Shown: positions 1-13,157 of the stretch, in pieces
Numbering within the stretch: position 1 is the stretch's first letter
How the letters are laid out: the number at the start of each line of letters is the position of its first letter
NCBI RefSeq assembly: GCF_006345805.1
Contig: NC_042999.1
Coordinates: 17,918,001-17,982,000, forward strand
Direction: 5' to 3'
DNA length: 64,000 nucleotides
Source of the DNA: Octopus sinensis
Lineage: Eukaryota
Program-made: the position numbers and the translations under genes
Notes under the pieces: generated by a model
Seen by the model: the letters and a program-made list of their open reading frames with translations, nothing else
Database searches by the model: none
Told to the model about the DNA's origin: nothing

Positions 1-121
1 TTCTGATGTGTTGTCTCTTCTGTATTTTATGTAGTTTGTTCTTAGTGCTTGCTCATGCGGAAATTATAATTTCATATTAATCGGTTTGAAAATAAAAATT
101 TCTAACATCGGACTACAAAAA

Positions 122-258
122 GAAACCCAACTACATGGTTCCAGGTTCAGTCGCACTGCGTGGCACCTTGGGCAAGTGCCTTCTGCTATAGCCTCTACTA
201 TAGCCGGCCAAAGCCTTCTGAGTAGATTTGGTAGACGGAAACTGAAGGAAGCCTGTCG

Positions 259-336
<78 letters not shown>

Positions 337-593
337 TGTGTCTATATGTGTATGTATGTGTGTGTGTGTGAGTGTGTATGTTTGTGTGTCTGTCCCCCCC
401 AACATCGCTTGACAACCGATGCTCGTGTGTTTACGTCCACGTCACTTAGCGGTTCGGCAAGTGGGACCGATAGGATAAGTACTAGTCTTACAAAGAATAA
501 GTCCTGGTGTCGATTTTCTCGTCTAAAAGCGGTGCTCCAGCATGGCCGCAGTCAAATGACTGAAACGATTAAAAGAATAAAAGAATAAAAGAA
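122..593 (+). mobile_element. SINE family A (Octopus-type, tRNA-derived) with internal (TA)n(TG)n microsatellite
   Basis: B-box-like GGTTCAGTC, body CACCTTGGGCAAGTG...GACGGAAACTG, 3' part GTGCTCCAGCATGGCCGCAGTCAAATGACTGAAAC and (AAAGAAT)n tail. Homologous copies at 12850, 41857 and 50040. Confidence 0.85.
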
Positions 594-739
594 CCCTCCT
601 AAGTATCCTAGCTGTCCCTAATAACACTGTTTTCAGCAGCTGCACTAAGCTGGGTTTTATGCTTATTTCCTCTATCCATCTGTTCAAAGCTTTGCGGAAA
701 ATTCCAAATGCACCTATAACTACTGGAAAGCATTCCCCC

Positions 740-1355
740 AGATCTTCCCCTCTCTGTGGTGGAGCGCTCCTTCCTCAGTAGGAGGTCTGCGTTTCATCCT
801 CCTCACTCCATCCTGTAAGGAATTTCAAACTCGTGCTGATATCCACTGCTTTGTGCGCCGCGTTACGTTTTGTGCGCTCTTCCGCGACACTCCACCCGCA
901 TCAAACGAGGAGGACTGCTTCACTGACCTGGGCCGCCGACCATCCCAGTGGACGCCTACTCCTGGGCAGTTTCAAGCAGTGGATCTTTTTGCGGGCGCCT
1001 GCCAGTGCACTGTGGACCGGTTCAACTTCTCCAGGCGTCCGTGTTGTCTCAACATCTCCCCAGCCGAACTCTCGGCTCTTGGTTCCCTCCGGCGGCGCAC
1101 TGACATCGTTATTAAACCGGCCGACAAGGGTGGAGCAGTGGTGGTATGGCGCGCGGACCTACAAGGCCAAAGCTCTCCGTCAACTCCATGACACCTCCTT
1201 CTACTGCCCTCTGTCCTCTGACCCCACGACCAGCTACCAACAGACGGTCTTCTCTACGATCAATGATCTCATCTCGTCCTCCCGTCTCCCCTACACCGCC
1301 TCCAACCTCATTGTCCGAAACCCCTGCACCCCCAACTTTTACTTCCTCCCAAAAT
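740..1355 (+). pseudogene. Penelope-like element RT N-terminal fragment (frameshifted)
   Basis: Motifs NISPAELSALGSL..DIVIKPADKGGAVVVW and FYFLPK, split over two frames, are the PLE pre-RT motifs (ADKG; FYxLPKIHK). Confidence 0.85.
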
Positions 1356-1358
1356 CAA

Positions 1359-1566
1359 GAGAGAGTCGCCATGGTAGATCGTTAGCCACTGCATACATTT
1401 TTGCCTTTCCTTCTTTCTCTCCTTGTTTTTTCTGTGCCCCTTTCTGTAGAAGAGCGTAGGCTCGAAACGTAAAATACTTTTTCTATTCCTGAGCGTTATA
1501 CTAATACATCTGTTTGTTTTGTACATCACTTGTCTTCGTCTTTTGTTTTTTTCGTAAACTCTCCCT
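1359..1566 (+). mobile_element. ~210 bp hammerhead-bearing short element ending in (TA)n, copy 1 (probable PLE terminal repeat)
   Basis: Homologous to 1987-2196, 7330-7521 and 14819-15011(-). Contains CTGTAGA-AGAGCGTAGGCTC-GAAACGTA at 1444-1471. Confidence 0.8.
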
Positions 1567-1573
1567 ATATATA

Positions 1574-1604
<31 letters not shown>

Positions 1605-1677
1605 ATATTAGGGAATAAATCCAAATTTACAAGGAAAAATCAGATTTAAGATTGAATCCAATTTGATAGTAAAATAT

Positions 1678-1902
1678 TATATTATATCAAATTAGAGACA
1701 AAACCACTATTATGGAAATCAAACAAAGAAAGACTTAATACAATACATAAAATAATTTATATAAATTAAAATTTAACATATGAATATGAATATGGTTGTT
1801 CATATGTTAAATTTTAATTTATATAAATTATTTTATGTATTGGATTAAGTCTTTCTTTGTTTGATTTGCATAATAGTGGTTTTGTCTCTAATTTGATATA
1901 AT

Positions 1903-1905
<3 letters not shown>
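1678..1905. repeat. Near-perfect inverted repeat (~106 bp arms, ~14 bp loop)
   Basis: ATTATATCAAATTAGAGACAAAACC...AACATATGAA is mirrored by TTCATATGTT...GGTTTTGTCTCTAATTTGATATAAT with about 2 mismatches. Confidence 0.95.
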
Positions 1906-1936
<31 letters not shown>

Positions 1937-1986
1937 ATATATATATATATATAGATATATATATATATATAATATATATATATATA

Positions 1987-2196
1987 GCCATGTTGATTCG
2001 GTAGCTTCTGCACGCATTTTTTTTCTCTCCTTGATTCTTTTCGTGTTTCTTTTCTGTGTATCTTTCTGTTGAAGAGCGTAGGCTGGAAACGTAAAAGACT
2101 TGTTTTATTTATATTTCTGAGCGCCATGCTAATATAATTGTTTGTTTGTATTCCACCTGCCTTTGTCTTTTGTTTATTTTCATAAAGCTTCCCGTT
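1987..2196 (+). mobile_element. Hammerhead-bearing short element, copy 2, flanked by (TA)n on both sides
   Basis: Homology to copy 1; HHR motif at 2061-2098. Confidence 0.8.
2061..2098 (+). ncRNA. Minimal type I hammerhead ribozyme motif (variant core CUGUUGA)
   Basis: Stem I TCTTT/AAAGA, CTGTTGA, stem II AGC-GTAG-GCT, GAAA, palindromic ACGT stem III, GTA cleavage triplet. Confidence 0.65.
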
Positions 2197-2270
2197 ATAT
2201 ATATATATATATATATATATAGATAGATAGATAGATAGCCAGACAGATAGATAGATAGATAGATATACAT

Positions 2271-2302
<32 letters not shown>

Positions 2303-3724
2303 TACATATATATCACTATGATAATATAAACAATAATAAAGCAATGTGATTAAACAGACCAGTTTTTTAACAATCTACCTACACTTAACGTTTTTTTTTA
2401 TTCCCTCTTGAAACCAATAAGAAATGTTCTTGGTTTATATTACGCTAAACGTCAAAGAAACTTGGTTGTTTAAGGACATTTAAGATTATATTCTGATACA
2501 CAATTATGTCAATTTCGGCGTAATTAAATCTTCCGAAGCATACTAATGATGTTTTAAAGAGATATTAAGTTATTATGAGAAAAGGGAACTTTCATAATTA
2601 TGGTAGAATGGATCTCTTTCGTGTCGAAGTATTTCAGCATAAATATGAGAAGAAATAATGTATTTTCAAATGGAAGTGAGAGGACTGATCCTCAATATTC
2701 CGTCAACGAATGCAATAAGTGTAAAATATAATTATGTTACAAATCTTAAGCCATGGTTTGTAATATTCAAAAAGAAGATAGATATATGTGGGGAAAATAT
2801 TTAGCTTACACAATGTTTCGTACGACACTGGCATTGAAATAATAAATTAAGTATATATCATTCAGCTAAAAGCTGATAATGGAACTGCGTATGTAAACGT
2901 ACAGTTGAATATTTTAGTGCAAAACCGGTAATAAAATATTGATACGGAGAAGGAATGAGATTTTATCGAATAAAACGAAAGGTTGAAGATTTTAGAAGTG
3001 CTCTTTAGTGCGAAGAGAAAGATTAAAAGGTATCTTAACTTACTTCGAAAACTGAGAAATCGCAAAGACATATAAATATACATTAGCTTTTAAACGATAA
3101 AAACTCTCAAAACACCGCAAATCTATCTAGCAACACGCTGAAAAATTTTGCAAGCGTAGTTTCGGAAGCTGCTCTACTGTATTCCGAAACGATCACTAAA
3201 GAATTAAGAAAAGAAATACAGCGATGCTGTTGTTATTGTCGATGATGCTGATGCTGATGATGATGATAATGACGATGGTAGTAAAGCAAAAATATTAACG
3301 GGGAAAGGCATGCACTGGCTCTCGTACACAGATTCTGTCTAGTGATTTCCTTTAAGATGTTGGACGGCCCGAGGCTATAGTGGAAGTTACTTGCCTAAGA
3401 TGAAGCATAATGGAATGGAATTCGAAAACACATGATCTTCGGCAAACATCTATGTCGGCGCCTTCGTAACATCTTATACACGCACACACCCACTCGCACA
3501 CACCTACATAGATACATACATACAAACAAACAAACACCAGAAGTAACTACATGTACCACGTACATATACATACTACTTACATATACATATGTGTAACAAA
3601 AACTCCTGAGAAAGAACAATATACAATTACACAAATACACAAGTCTACCTTCATCAAAGAACTAGATCCCATAAATATTACTAATATTTAAGGGTATATT
3701 CAAATTCTGTTATGGTCCATATTA

Positions 3725-3830
3725 CATTTCATCCTTTCGGGATCCATAATATAAGTACCAGTTGAGCACTGGGGTCGATGTTTATCGACCTGTCCCCAAA
3801 CCTGTACTTACTGGCCTTGTGTCAAAATCA
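3725..3830 (+). mobile_element. SINE family B 3' fragment
   Basis: TTTCATCCTTTCGGG...AAGTACCAGTTGAGCACTGGGGTCGATG, shared with the copy at 5452. Confidence 0.65.
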
Positions 3831-3859
3831 TAACTATATTTGTGGTGGAAGAGGTGCCA

Positions 3860-4560
3860 CCTGTTTCTCGCAAATGCGGGAAAAATACAGAAAGAATGTT
3901 GTCGTAGAGTTAGAGCTATATTAATGAGCGAACATTATGGGAGAAACAAGATTGATGCAATCAGTACCTTGCCTATTTGTGTTGTGGCCTACAACTCTAA
4001 CATCGCAAAATGGACCTTCATTGAGATCAGTAAAATTGCTGTAAAGATACTCAAGTTTCTCACACTGCACGACAGGGTCCAATCAAAGGCAAGAAGATGT
4101 GACATGTCTACAAATATGAACCTTACAAGCAACTAATGCGTTCAGTACGAGAAGAAACCAAGAAGTACATTCAGAGGTTACAAATCAACAAGACTGTGGT
4201 ATAGGTCATGAAACAGAAACCTCTGTGATGACAAAACAGATAAAAAAATAAGACCAGCTAAATCAAGAGAAATCAATCGTTGTATCACGACAACATATTG
4301 AAAAATAAGATATTACACTGCAATACGTCGCGAGGAAGAGTTACTCCTGGTGAAGATACAAATATGACCCATCTTCGGCTGGACCTAAATCAGACGCAAC
4401 GGGCGTCATTATTGCAGCTGAGCATCAGTCCCTGCCCACCAGAAACTACCAAGGAAGGAATCTTAAGACGGTGCTATTCCTGTATGCTGCTGTTTTTGGT
4501 ACATCCAAGAAAATATTTAACTGCGGCATTTTTGGAAGCTCTACGTGAGGCTTAAATGAC
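3860..4560 (+). pseudogene. Degraded non-LTR retrotransposon fragment (post-RT region, R4/Dong-like)
   Basis: RRVRAILMSEHYGRNKIDAISTLPICVVAY resembles the RxRxILxSxLxxxNKxxAIN motif of RLE-type non-LTR elements. Multiple frameshifts. Confidence 0.55.
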
Positions 4561-5451
4561 TATATTGATGATCATGATTGAATTTTCGTAATTCAGACAT
4601 TTATATGTAGGTACGAATTGCGTCGAGGAAGATGCTACACTATTAGGCGTTGTTTGCTGAAACCAGTAAACTTGGACTAGAATCAGATACCATCTTCCGC
4701 CATTGCAAAAAGGAAAACATCATTTGCATTAATAATTGTTAAATACAGCAAAAAGATATTTACACTAAATTTTATACAATTCCTAAGCCAGTTCTAAAGA
4801 CGCAGACGCTTTTGAATATACATATCCTATTAGCTTTAATCTTAAAAATATAATAATGATAAGGACACAGAGTTGATAAAATCTCCATTAGAAAACGATT
4901 AATGCTACAGAAGAAATTTCTAACTTTATAAAAATATAAATATAATATGAAAAGGAAAGAAGGAATTAGCAAGATGGTAATCCGTAAATTGCAACTACCT
5001 AAACACATTATGTACTAAAAAGGAGATGTAACACAACAGAAATGTGAGATTGAACTTTCATTTTGGACGCTTAGAATTAGCTTATCTAAATAAGAGGTTA
5101 TATATTACTTCTTAAGCGAAGTCATCCTGATGGAGTGTTCTATCTGTAAAATATTTCATGTGATATCCACATAAGTGCATTAGAATAAATTTAATATATA
5201 ACAGATCTGCTGCGTATCTCCAGTGAAAGATATATGAAGAGGTTTCCTGCTGTGAACACTAAATTCATACGTTGTGGCCATTCGACAGAATTATTATGGT
5301 AAACGGAATTCATGCACATTAAGATTGACATATCAAAATTAGTAATAACGATACAAGAGCAGTCATAATTTCGACAAGATTTAGGGTAGATACCGAAAAA
5401 GTATCTTAACATACAAATAGTTGACAGGCATAGAAACATTGGTATCTTGAA

Positions 5452-5734
5452 GGCAGAGAGGTGGAAGAAACGTTAGCACGCCGGGCGAAACGCGTATCCG
5501 TATTTCGTCTGCCGTTACGTTCTGAGTTCAAATTCAGACGAGGTCGACTTTGCCTTTCATACCCTCTGGATCGATAAATTAAGTACTAGTTACGCACCGG
5601 GGTCGATGTAATCGACTTAATCCGTTTGTCTGTCCTTGTTTGTCCCCTCTATGTTTAGGCCCTTGTGGGTTGTAAAGAAATAGGTATTGCGTCTGTCTCT
5701 AAATAGGAGGTGAGCTATGGGCAATAAAGAAACA
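5452..5734 (+). mobile_element. SINE family B, full length with 20 bp target-site duplication
   Basis: B box GAGTTCAAATTC and central GCCTTTCAT..TCGATAAATTAAGTAC. TSD AGAAACAT(T/G)GGTATCTT(G/A)AA at 5432-5451 and 5735-5754. Confidence 0.9.
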
Positions 5735-6848
5735 AGAAACATGGGTATCTTAAAATATTTGCTCAACTATTATATTTACATAACTGATTTTTAACAAAAA
5801 ATTGTTTCTGAAGTATTTTCATCATATGCAACATAGGGCATTTACACTCAGGTTCATATTCAGCACGCCATTTCCATCACTCTGGTTATATCTATTATCC
5901 TCGATACGATATAAGGATTCTCCTCCATTCAATAGACAATTAGGGAGTACTATCCGTATGCCAGTAGCTATTTGAACTATTGCAGGCATCAATATGCCTT
6001 TGGTGATGCATGGATATTATGAAACGAGATGGCTTTCTTGAATTTTCTTATTACATAAAAAGCATTGCTAGTGTATTTCCTTTTAGCAACAGACAGAAAC
6101 TATTTATGTATATTTTTACACATTTGTCATACGTTAATATTTAGATGCTTGTGTAACGGTTACGGTATATAATTTCGTATTAGCGTTATGCAGTATATGT
6201 CTTATTTAATTGAGTTTTATAGAATGTTCCGCCGAAAGCACTCATGCTATCTATTTTCAATATAACTTCCGGAGTGCTTACTTGAAGATCTCTTCAGATA
6301 TCGATAACCCATTATAAAATACTGATGTCAAACATTTATCATATATTATTTACTTTACTCCCGTTATATCAAGTGCTATGAATTTACAAAATCTCAACAG
6401 GAAAACCCGGACCTTTCTTTTCATCATCGTAGCTTTCGTAAGATGCAAGAGAAGATTACACACTCTCATAGAAATATATTTATTGTTTCCGCCCTTCTCT
6501 GTAGAGTGCCCTATCAACTGAATTACATTATGTAGTAAGCCTTTCGTGCACAAATGAACCATTGTGCCACATTGTAAAGCATAATATTTTCCATGATGTT
6601 GTATCTTATGTTAACTATTTCCCGTACGTTCAGAGTATGTTACGATAATATTCTTATGAAAGAAGCGCTATATATTGAAGAGATTTCGATTATTTGGGAG
6701 AAAAAGCACTGAAAATGATACAAGCAAATACACACGCGCATCTCATACATGAGAAGACAAAATAAATGGCTTCAAAATATCTAGGGCGTTGTAAGCATTC
6801 TAACTGAATAGAATATTCAGGTTACCTATCAATCTATGTACCTATCCG

Positions 6849-6879
<31 letters not shown>

Positions 6880-6896
6880 GTCTATCTATCTATCTG

Positions 6897-6978
<82 letters not shown>

Positions 6979-6990
6979 AATATATCTATC
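6880..6990. repeat. (TCTA)n microsatellite
   Basis: Direct reading. A second long (TCTA)n tract lies at ~47268-47400. Confidence 0.95.
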
Positions 6991-7137
6991 TATCTCTCTC
7001 TCTATATATATCTGTCTTGTTTCCCCGTTGTTATCATACTTAAGTTCGTATTTCATGCTGTTTTCGTATTTCGTAATTCATATATTGTATACGTTTTATG
7101 ACGACCTGCACCCATATATTCATATACATGCACACAC

Positions 7138-7233
<96 letters not shown>

Positions 7234-7329
7234 TTGAATTTTTTTACCTCCTGGATACTTACCTCTAGCTGCACGTCTCTTTCACGGATCAAACTGACTT
7301 TGTTATTGATGTGAAATCCTTAAAATATA

Positions 7330-7521
7330 CCACGACCGTCTATACATTTTTCTCTTTGTTTCTCTCCGTGTTTCTTTTCTGTGTATCTTTCTGTTGAAGA
7401 GCGTAGGCTCGAAACGTAAAAGGCTTGTTTTATTTCTATTCCTGAGCGCCATACTAATACAATTGTTTGCTTGTACTCCACCTGCCTTCATCTTTTGTTT
7501 ATTTTCGTAAAGCTTCCCGTT
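7330..7521 (+). mobile_element. Hammerhead-bearing short element, copy 3
   Basis: Very similar to copy 2; ends CCCGT|TATATAT. Confidence 0.8.
7386..7423 (+). ncRNA. Minimal type I hammerhead ribozyme motif (core CUGUUGA)
   Basis: TCTTT-CTGTTGA-A-GAGC-GTAG-GCTC-GAAA-CG-TA-AAAGG. Confidence 0.7.
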
Positions 7522-8289
7522 ATATATGTTTGTAGTATGTATATAAACAAATATATTTTTCATTTATATTATTATATGATCAAACGCCACGCATCCATTT
7601 CCATGTACGTTTATCTTAATGATTTTGATGCGACACTATCCTGTAGTGTTCTCTCTCTCCCTTTTTCGTATTCTCCCTCTTCTTTCTCTAATTCTTTTTT
7701 CTTCCCTTCTGCACTTTCGTTTTCTCTCTCATACTTTCTCTAATTCTTTTTTGTCTCCTTCACCGTTTTCTATCTGTCTGTCCGTCTCTCTTTCTCTTTT
7801 ACTCTCTCTCTCTCTCGTTGCTCACACATCGTTCATTTTCCTTTTCCTCACGTGATCATCTTTCGTTTCTTTCACTCTGTCTTACAGACTAGACGCATTC
7901 TTTTCTATCCTCTCCTATCTTTTCTCTTGTTAAAGATAATATTCCTCAGCGTTGCTGTCTTACCTCGTCTGGCCTAAAGGTCCTTCATGTTTGTTTTCGT
8001 TTGGTTTGTTGTATGTCTCCATTGTCCTGTTTCTGTCACCATCTTTGACTCTTCGCAAAGCCAAATTTTATTTTAGTTCGCGGGGGCAACTACTTTTTCG
8101 AAGTCTCATATTGTCGTTAATTGCTCGAAATGAGGGTCGTTTTATATGTTACTTGACTTGTTTATCACCTTTTTCTCTCATTGTTCGCATACCAAAGTTT
8201 GTCTTCGTATTTCATGTTACGTTTTGTGACGTCCTGTAAACATATATGCATGTATATATATATATATATATAATATATATATATATATA

Positions 8290-8321
<32 letters not shown>

Positions 8322-8691
8322 GTTTGAAAAGTTCGGATATACAAACAGTTAGATCTACATGTGCTTCTAACAGTCTGTGCGTCTAGGATTACGAAGGCTT
8401 CCCACTGAAGAACCTGGCCTGGCAAATATATTCTGTGTGTTTGCTAAAAATAGGTAGAAACCGTTCGGTCTGGGATATAGCTGAGATGAAAATGTTTTTA
8501 GTTTTCATTCCTTCCATGACTTAATCCCTTTTTGTGTTTCTTGCACTACGCTTCCATATTTGGAAGCCTTTTATTATATATTTCTATACGAAAAATATAT
8601 AGTCTAATGACTAATTAGTCTTTTGTGCTAGGCCACTAGTAATAATAATTTATTTTATTACCGTATTTGATTATGTTTATATATATATAGT

Positions 8692-8746
<55 letters not shown>

Positions 8747-8753
8747 ATATATT

Positions 8754-8852
<99 letters not shown>

Positions 8853-9017
8853 GTATATATATACATATATATATACATACATATATATGTATGTATGTAC
8901 ATATCTGCATGTATATATGCATATATATTTTTTATTTATATTATTATATGATTGAATGATTGAACGGCGCGCATCCACTTCCAAGAGAGTTTATCTACCT
9001 ATCTAAACACACACACG

Positions 9018-9049
<32 letters not shown>

Positions 9050-9656
9050 CTTATATATGTATATATATATATGAATGTATACACGTATGTATATTATATA
9101 TGCATGAATATACGTATGCATGTCAGGTGTGACTTGTGTATGCAATTATATAATTGGCAGTGAGCAGCGACAAGTTAACTTATCGTTGTCAGCGTCAGCG
9201 GTGCTTAGGGAAGAGATAATCTATACCGCTTGTACAATGGTAGTTGTTCCAATACTATTTTTCACACACTTATAACGATCTTTTTATTTGTATCTGAATA
9301 CACAGGCAATTGTACTAAAACGAAAACCAGATGAGTTAACCGAAACTCATTATTCGAATATTAACTTCATAATAGGGGAAGCGTTTGCCAATTTATTTAA
9401 TGAATTCTCTGTTTTTTTGTTGTTGTTCATTTCACCAATTAACCACGCGCCTGGTTTATATGGTTCCGTTAACTTAAGCATAACGCTTTCGCGAATAATA
9501 AATAAATCTCAAAAAATTTATTGTTTCTGTTTTGTTTGATCATTGATGGGGAATGTCTTGAAAATATCAAACCTCTCGATATTAAAAGCATCTCACACAT
9601 ACAGGCACATCAAGAAGCTTTACATAAATAGTTACATACACACCAATATATATACA

Positions 9657-9707
<51 letters not shown>

Positions 9708-9851
9708 CGTATATATTTATGTATATGTATATATCTATATCTATCTCACTATCTCTCTCTACATATATATGCATGTATGTATATGTATATGTATATATCT
9801 ATACCTATCTATCTATATATATATATATGCATACATACATATGTGTATATA

Positions 9852-9912
<61 letters not shown>

Positions 9913-9959
9913 TATATGTCCATTTATGACTATATGTATATCTATGTATATATTTAATG

Positions 9960-10529
9960 TTGTATTTGGGGATGGTCATTTTTTGCCAATAAACAGACAC
10001 AGTATATATTTTTTCATCACTCGTTTATTACTCTTCTTATTTTATAATTTTACCACGTATCCATTGTTCGGAGATCTTTCATCACACACGTGTGACTCCA
10101 TCAGCGACATTTTTCCTTTCCGCGTGTGTTCTTGCTCCACTAACTGCATTCTGTTCTTCTGAGATGTGTATCCTTACGTGCGCATGTTTGTGTCCTTGTT
10201 TGTGTGTGTGTGTATGAGTGTGAACGCGTGTGTGTATGTACGTGCCCGTACACATACACACGCACGCACACACATACCAAAGGACACAAACGCATGCGCA
10301 CATAAGTTTACACATCTTAGCAGAACAGAATGGAGTAAGTGGAGCAAGAACACACACGAAAAGTAAAAGGGTTGCTGAAGACGTCAGAGATGTGTGACGA
10401 AAGATTTCCAGATATTGGAATTGAGTTAACAAAATACAATAAGAACCGAAATAAACGAGTGAAGAAGAAAATATATGTAATTCTTGTGTTTATTTTGCAA
10501 AGAAAACAAATGACTCTTCCGAAATACAA
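9960..10529. mobile_element. Diverged fold-back element (~250 bp arms) with a hammerhead motif in each arm
   Basis: Arms mirror each other, e.g. GTGTGTTCTTGCTCCACT / AGTGGAGCAAGAACACAC. HHRs at 10065-10109(-) and 10371-10413(+). Confidence 0.8.
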
Positions 10530-10815
10530 TACCTGTTTCAACACACGATTTCACATCAGTAATTTTCTCAAAACGAATTGATAAAGGTATACATCTATCT
10601 ATTTATATAAATGTTACAGTACTGTCCTAAACCTAATATATAAATATACATACATACATACAAACATATATAGGACTACACAGCCACAGCAGGAAATGTA
10701 TCAGGACATGAAATTTAAAAGCCGGACTAGACTAGTTTATGCGCAACTACATTGTCTCCCGAGACAAAAAGGATGCCAGCCAATATATAATATATATATA
10801 TATATAATATATATA

Positions 10816-10852
<37 letters not shown>

Positions 10853-11790
10853 CAAACATTGAGGTCAAAAATTAATAATTATTAATCAATTTCACCACGT
10901 TCAGTATGCAAAGGACATTCAAGGCGAATTCACATTATTACATTATATAAAAGGGCTTAGTAAATAAATTAATGTGCCGCATACTGAACTCATTAGAAAT
11001 AGCAGCTAAAACCTTTTTTAAAACTATTCTATACTTAAAGAATCTCTCTCATATATAGTGTTTGGTAATTACTCACAAAATTGGTAAGGACATCGAAATA
11101 TCAAATGCTAAGGTTATTTGAGAACTACGTTTCAAGATTAGTCAAAACAACATTCTATATCAGCTCAGAAACCTGGATTTGGACTGAAAATAGATACCCT
11201 TCCGAAGATCTGCTCGTAATAAAGTGTCAACTCAAATAGCAGCGAAGGTTCTGTTCTCCCCTTTCCACCAGCGTGGGTAAATATCAAAACACTATGCTTA
11301 CGGAAATCCGAACCATTAATCAGAGGTGAGATAATTATATCAACAATTGAGGCAAAATTATTAATATTAATCAATTTCACCAAGTGTTCGTATGCAAAGA
11401 CCATTCAAGGCGAATCAAATTATTACATTATATAAAAGGGCTTAGTAAAATAAATCCACGTGGTGAAAAGAACAGAGACTTTCGCTTGTTATTGAATTTG
11501 TTGACACTGTTAGTACGAAAGATCTCGGAAGTATGTTCTTATTTCAGTGTTTCCAAAATCCAACCAAGGAATTTCTGAGCTGATGATAGAAGTGTGTTTT
11601 TGACTAATCTTGAAACGTAGTTCTCAAATAACCTTATTTGATTTTTCGATGTCCTTACCCCCAAACTTTTGTGAGTTGAATTAAGCAAACACTATATATG
11701 AGAGATCTTTAGTATTTAGAAATAGTTTAAAAAAGTTTTTTGCTGTATTTCTAATGTGTCAGATGCGGCAAGTAGTTATTTACTAATAAC
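10853..11790. mobile_element. PLE-type terminal-repeat structure: direct repeat A plus inverted repeat B, inside (TA)n
   Basis: A 10853-10968 matches 11340-11454 directly; B 10958-11276 matches 11456-11787 in reverse. HHR at 11576-11626(+) with mirror at 11119-11167(-). Confidence 0.8.
11576..11626 (+). ncRNA. Type I hammerhead ribozyme motif
   Basis: Stem I TGAG/CTCA, CTGATGA, weak stem II, GAAA-C-GTA-G-TT. Confidence 0.55.
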
Positions 11791-11910
11791 CTATATATAT
11801 ATATATATATAATATATATATAATAGACGCGCACAGATATACTGTGTGTCAAGACTTTATACTTCATGATGCCGTGCAGCTACCTTTTATACCTCGCTTG
11901 AGATTTATTG

Positions 11911-11956
<46 letters not shown>

Positions 11957-11958
11957 CA

Positions 11959-11995
11959 CTAGCAGGGATACCTGGTGTTGCCCGTGTTACATGCA
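11959..11995 (-). mobile_element. Probable Helitron 3' end
   Basis: Minus strand reads ...CACGGGCAACACCAGGTATCCCTGCTAG|T, similar to the Helitron end at 24801. Extent of the element is unknown. Confidence 0.45.
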
Positions 11996-12778
11996 ATTGA
12001 AGAAGTAGAATTTCCTGTTATATTTTCTGTAATGAACAGAAACACCTATGATAAATTGCAGATGAGGGTTCTTTCTCTCTTTACACACCCTAAAAACATT
12101 GCAATAATGACACATGTATCCCATGCTACTGATGTTTATGCGGAGATTCATAAATTCTAGTTTTATAAAACCTGTTAAAAGGATTTTACTCCTGAATAAT
12201 GGAGGTCATGGTGCTCTAAAGTAACTGTTGAGAATTTTTTAACTCGGGTATGCTATCTAGTATTTGAATTTCTTTGAAATAGGAAATATATGTATGCTCA
12301 CTGGGTTTGTAAAAGAGAGCAAAACTACTGGAAACCAAAAGATGAATGATCACAATAAGTAGACAGCTAGAGTACCTTAGTCTTTACCACTCCCAATGTA
12401 GGATTCCTCACCATACAGGTGTCAGGCACAGCCGTAAGATGCATTACGGGTCTATAGAAATTGGAAGGGCGTGACCCAACTCAAATAAACATTAACAACT
12501 GTGTGACGTGAGGGCTAAAGAGAAATGAAAGGGTCACCTCTGGGGTTTGCAAATGAACATTATATTGATATTTAACTGGACAGAATAAATTTACGATCTA
12601 TAAATGTCTTTGAATAACCAGTCACTCATCTGGGAAGGCGTTGAAATCAATGTTACCATCTGGGGACTATGTGTCACCCAGTGATAATAAAAAGACTGAA
12701 AGAAGATCTGCAGCCAGATAACTTTACTCAACACTTTGCATATATGAATATATACACGCACACGCACGCACACACACA

Positions 12779-12844
<66 letters not shown>

Positions 12845-12849
12845 ATATA

Positions 12850-13093
12850 TACTCTCTCTTTTACTCTTTATTCTTATAATTGTTTCAGCCATTTGACTGC
12901 GGCCATGCTGGAGCAGCGCCTTTAGTCGAGCAAATCGACCCCGGGATTTAATATTTGTAAGCAAAGTACTTATTCTATCGGTCTATTTTGCCGAACCGCT
13001 AAGTGACGGGAACGTAAACACACCAGCATCGGTTGTTAGGCAATGCTAGGGGGACAAACACAGACACACAAACACACACACACACACACACAC

Positions 13094-13157
<64 letters not shown>

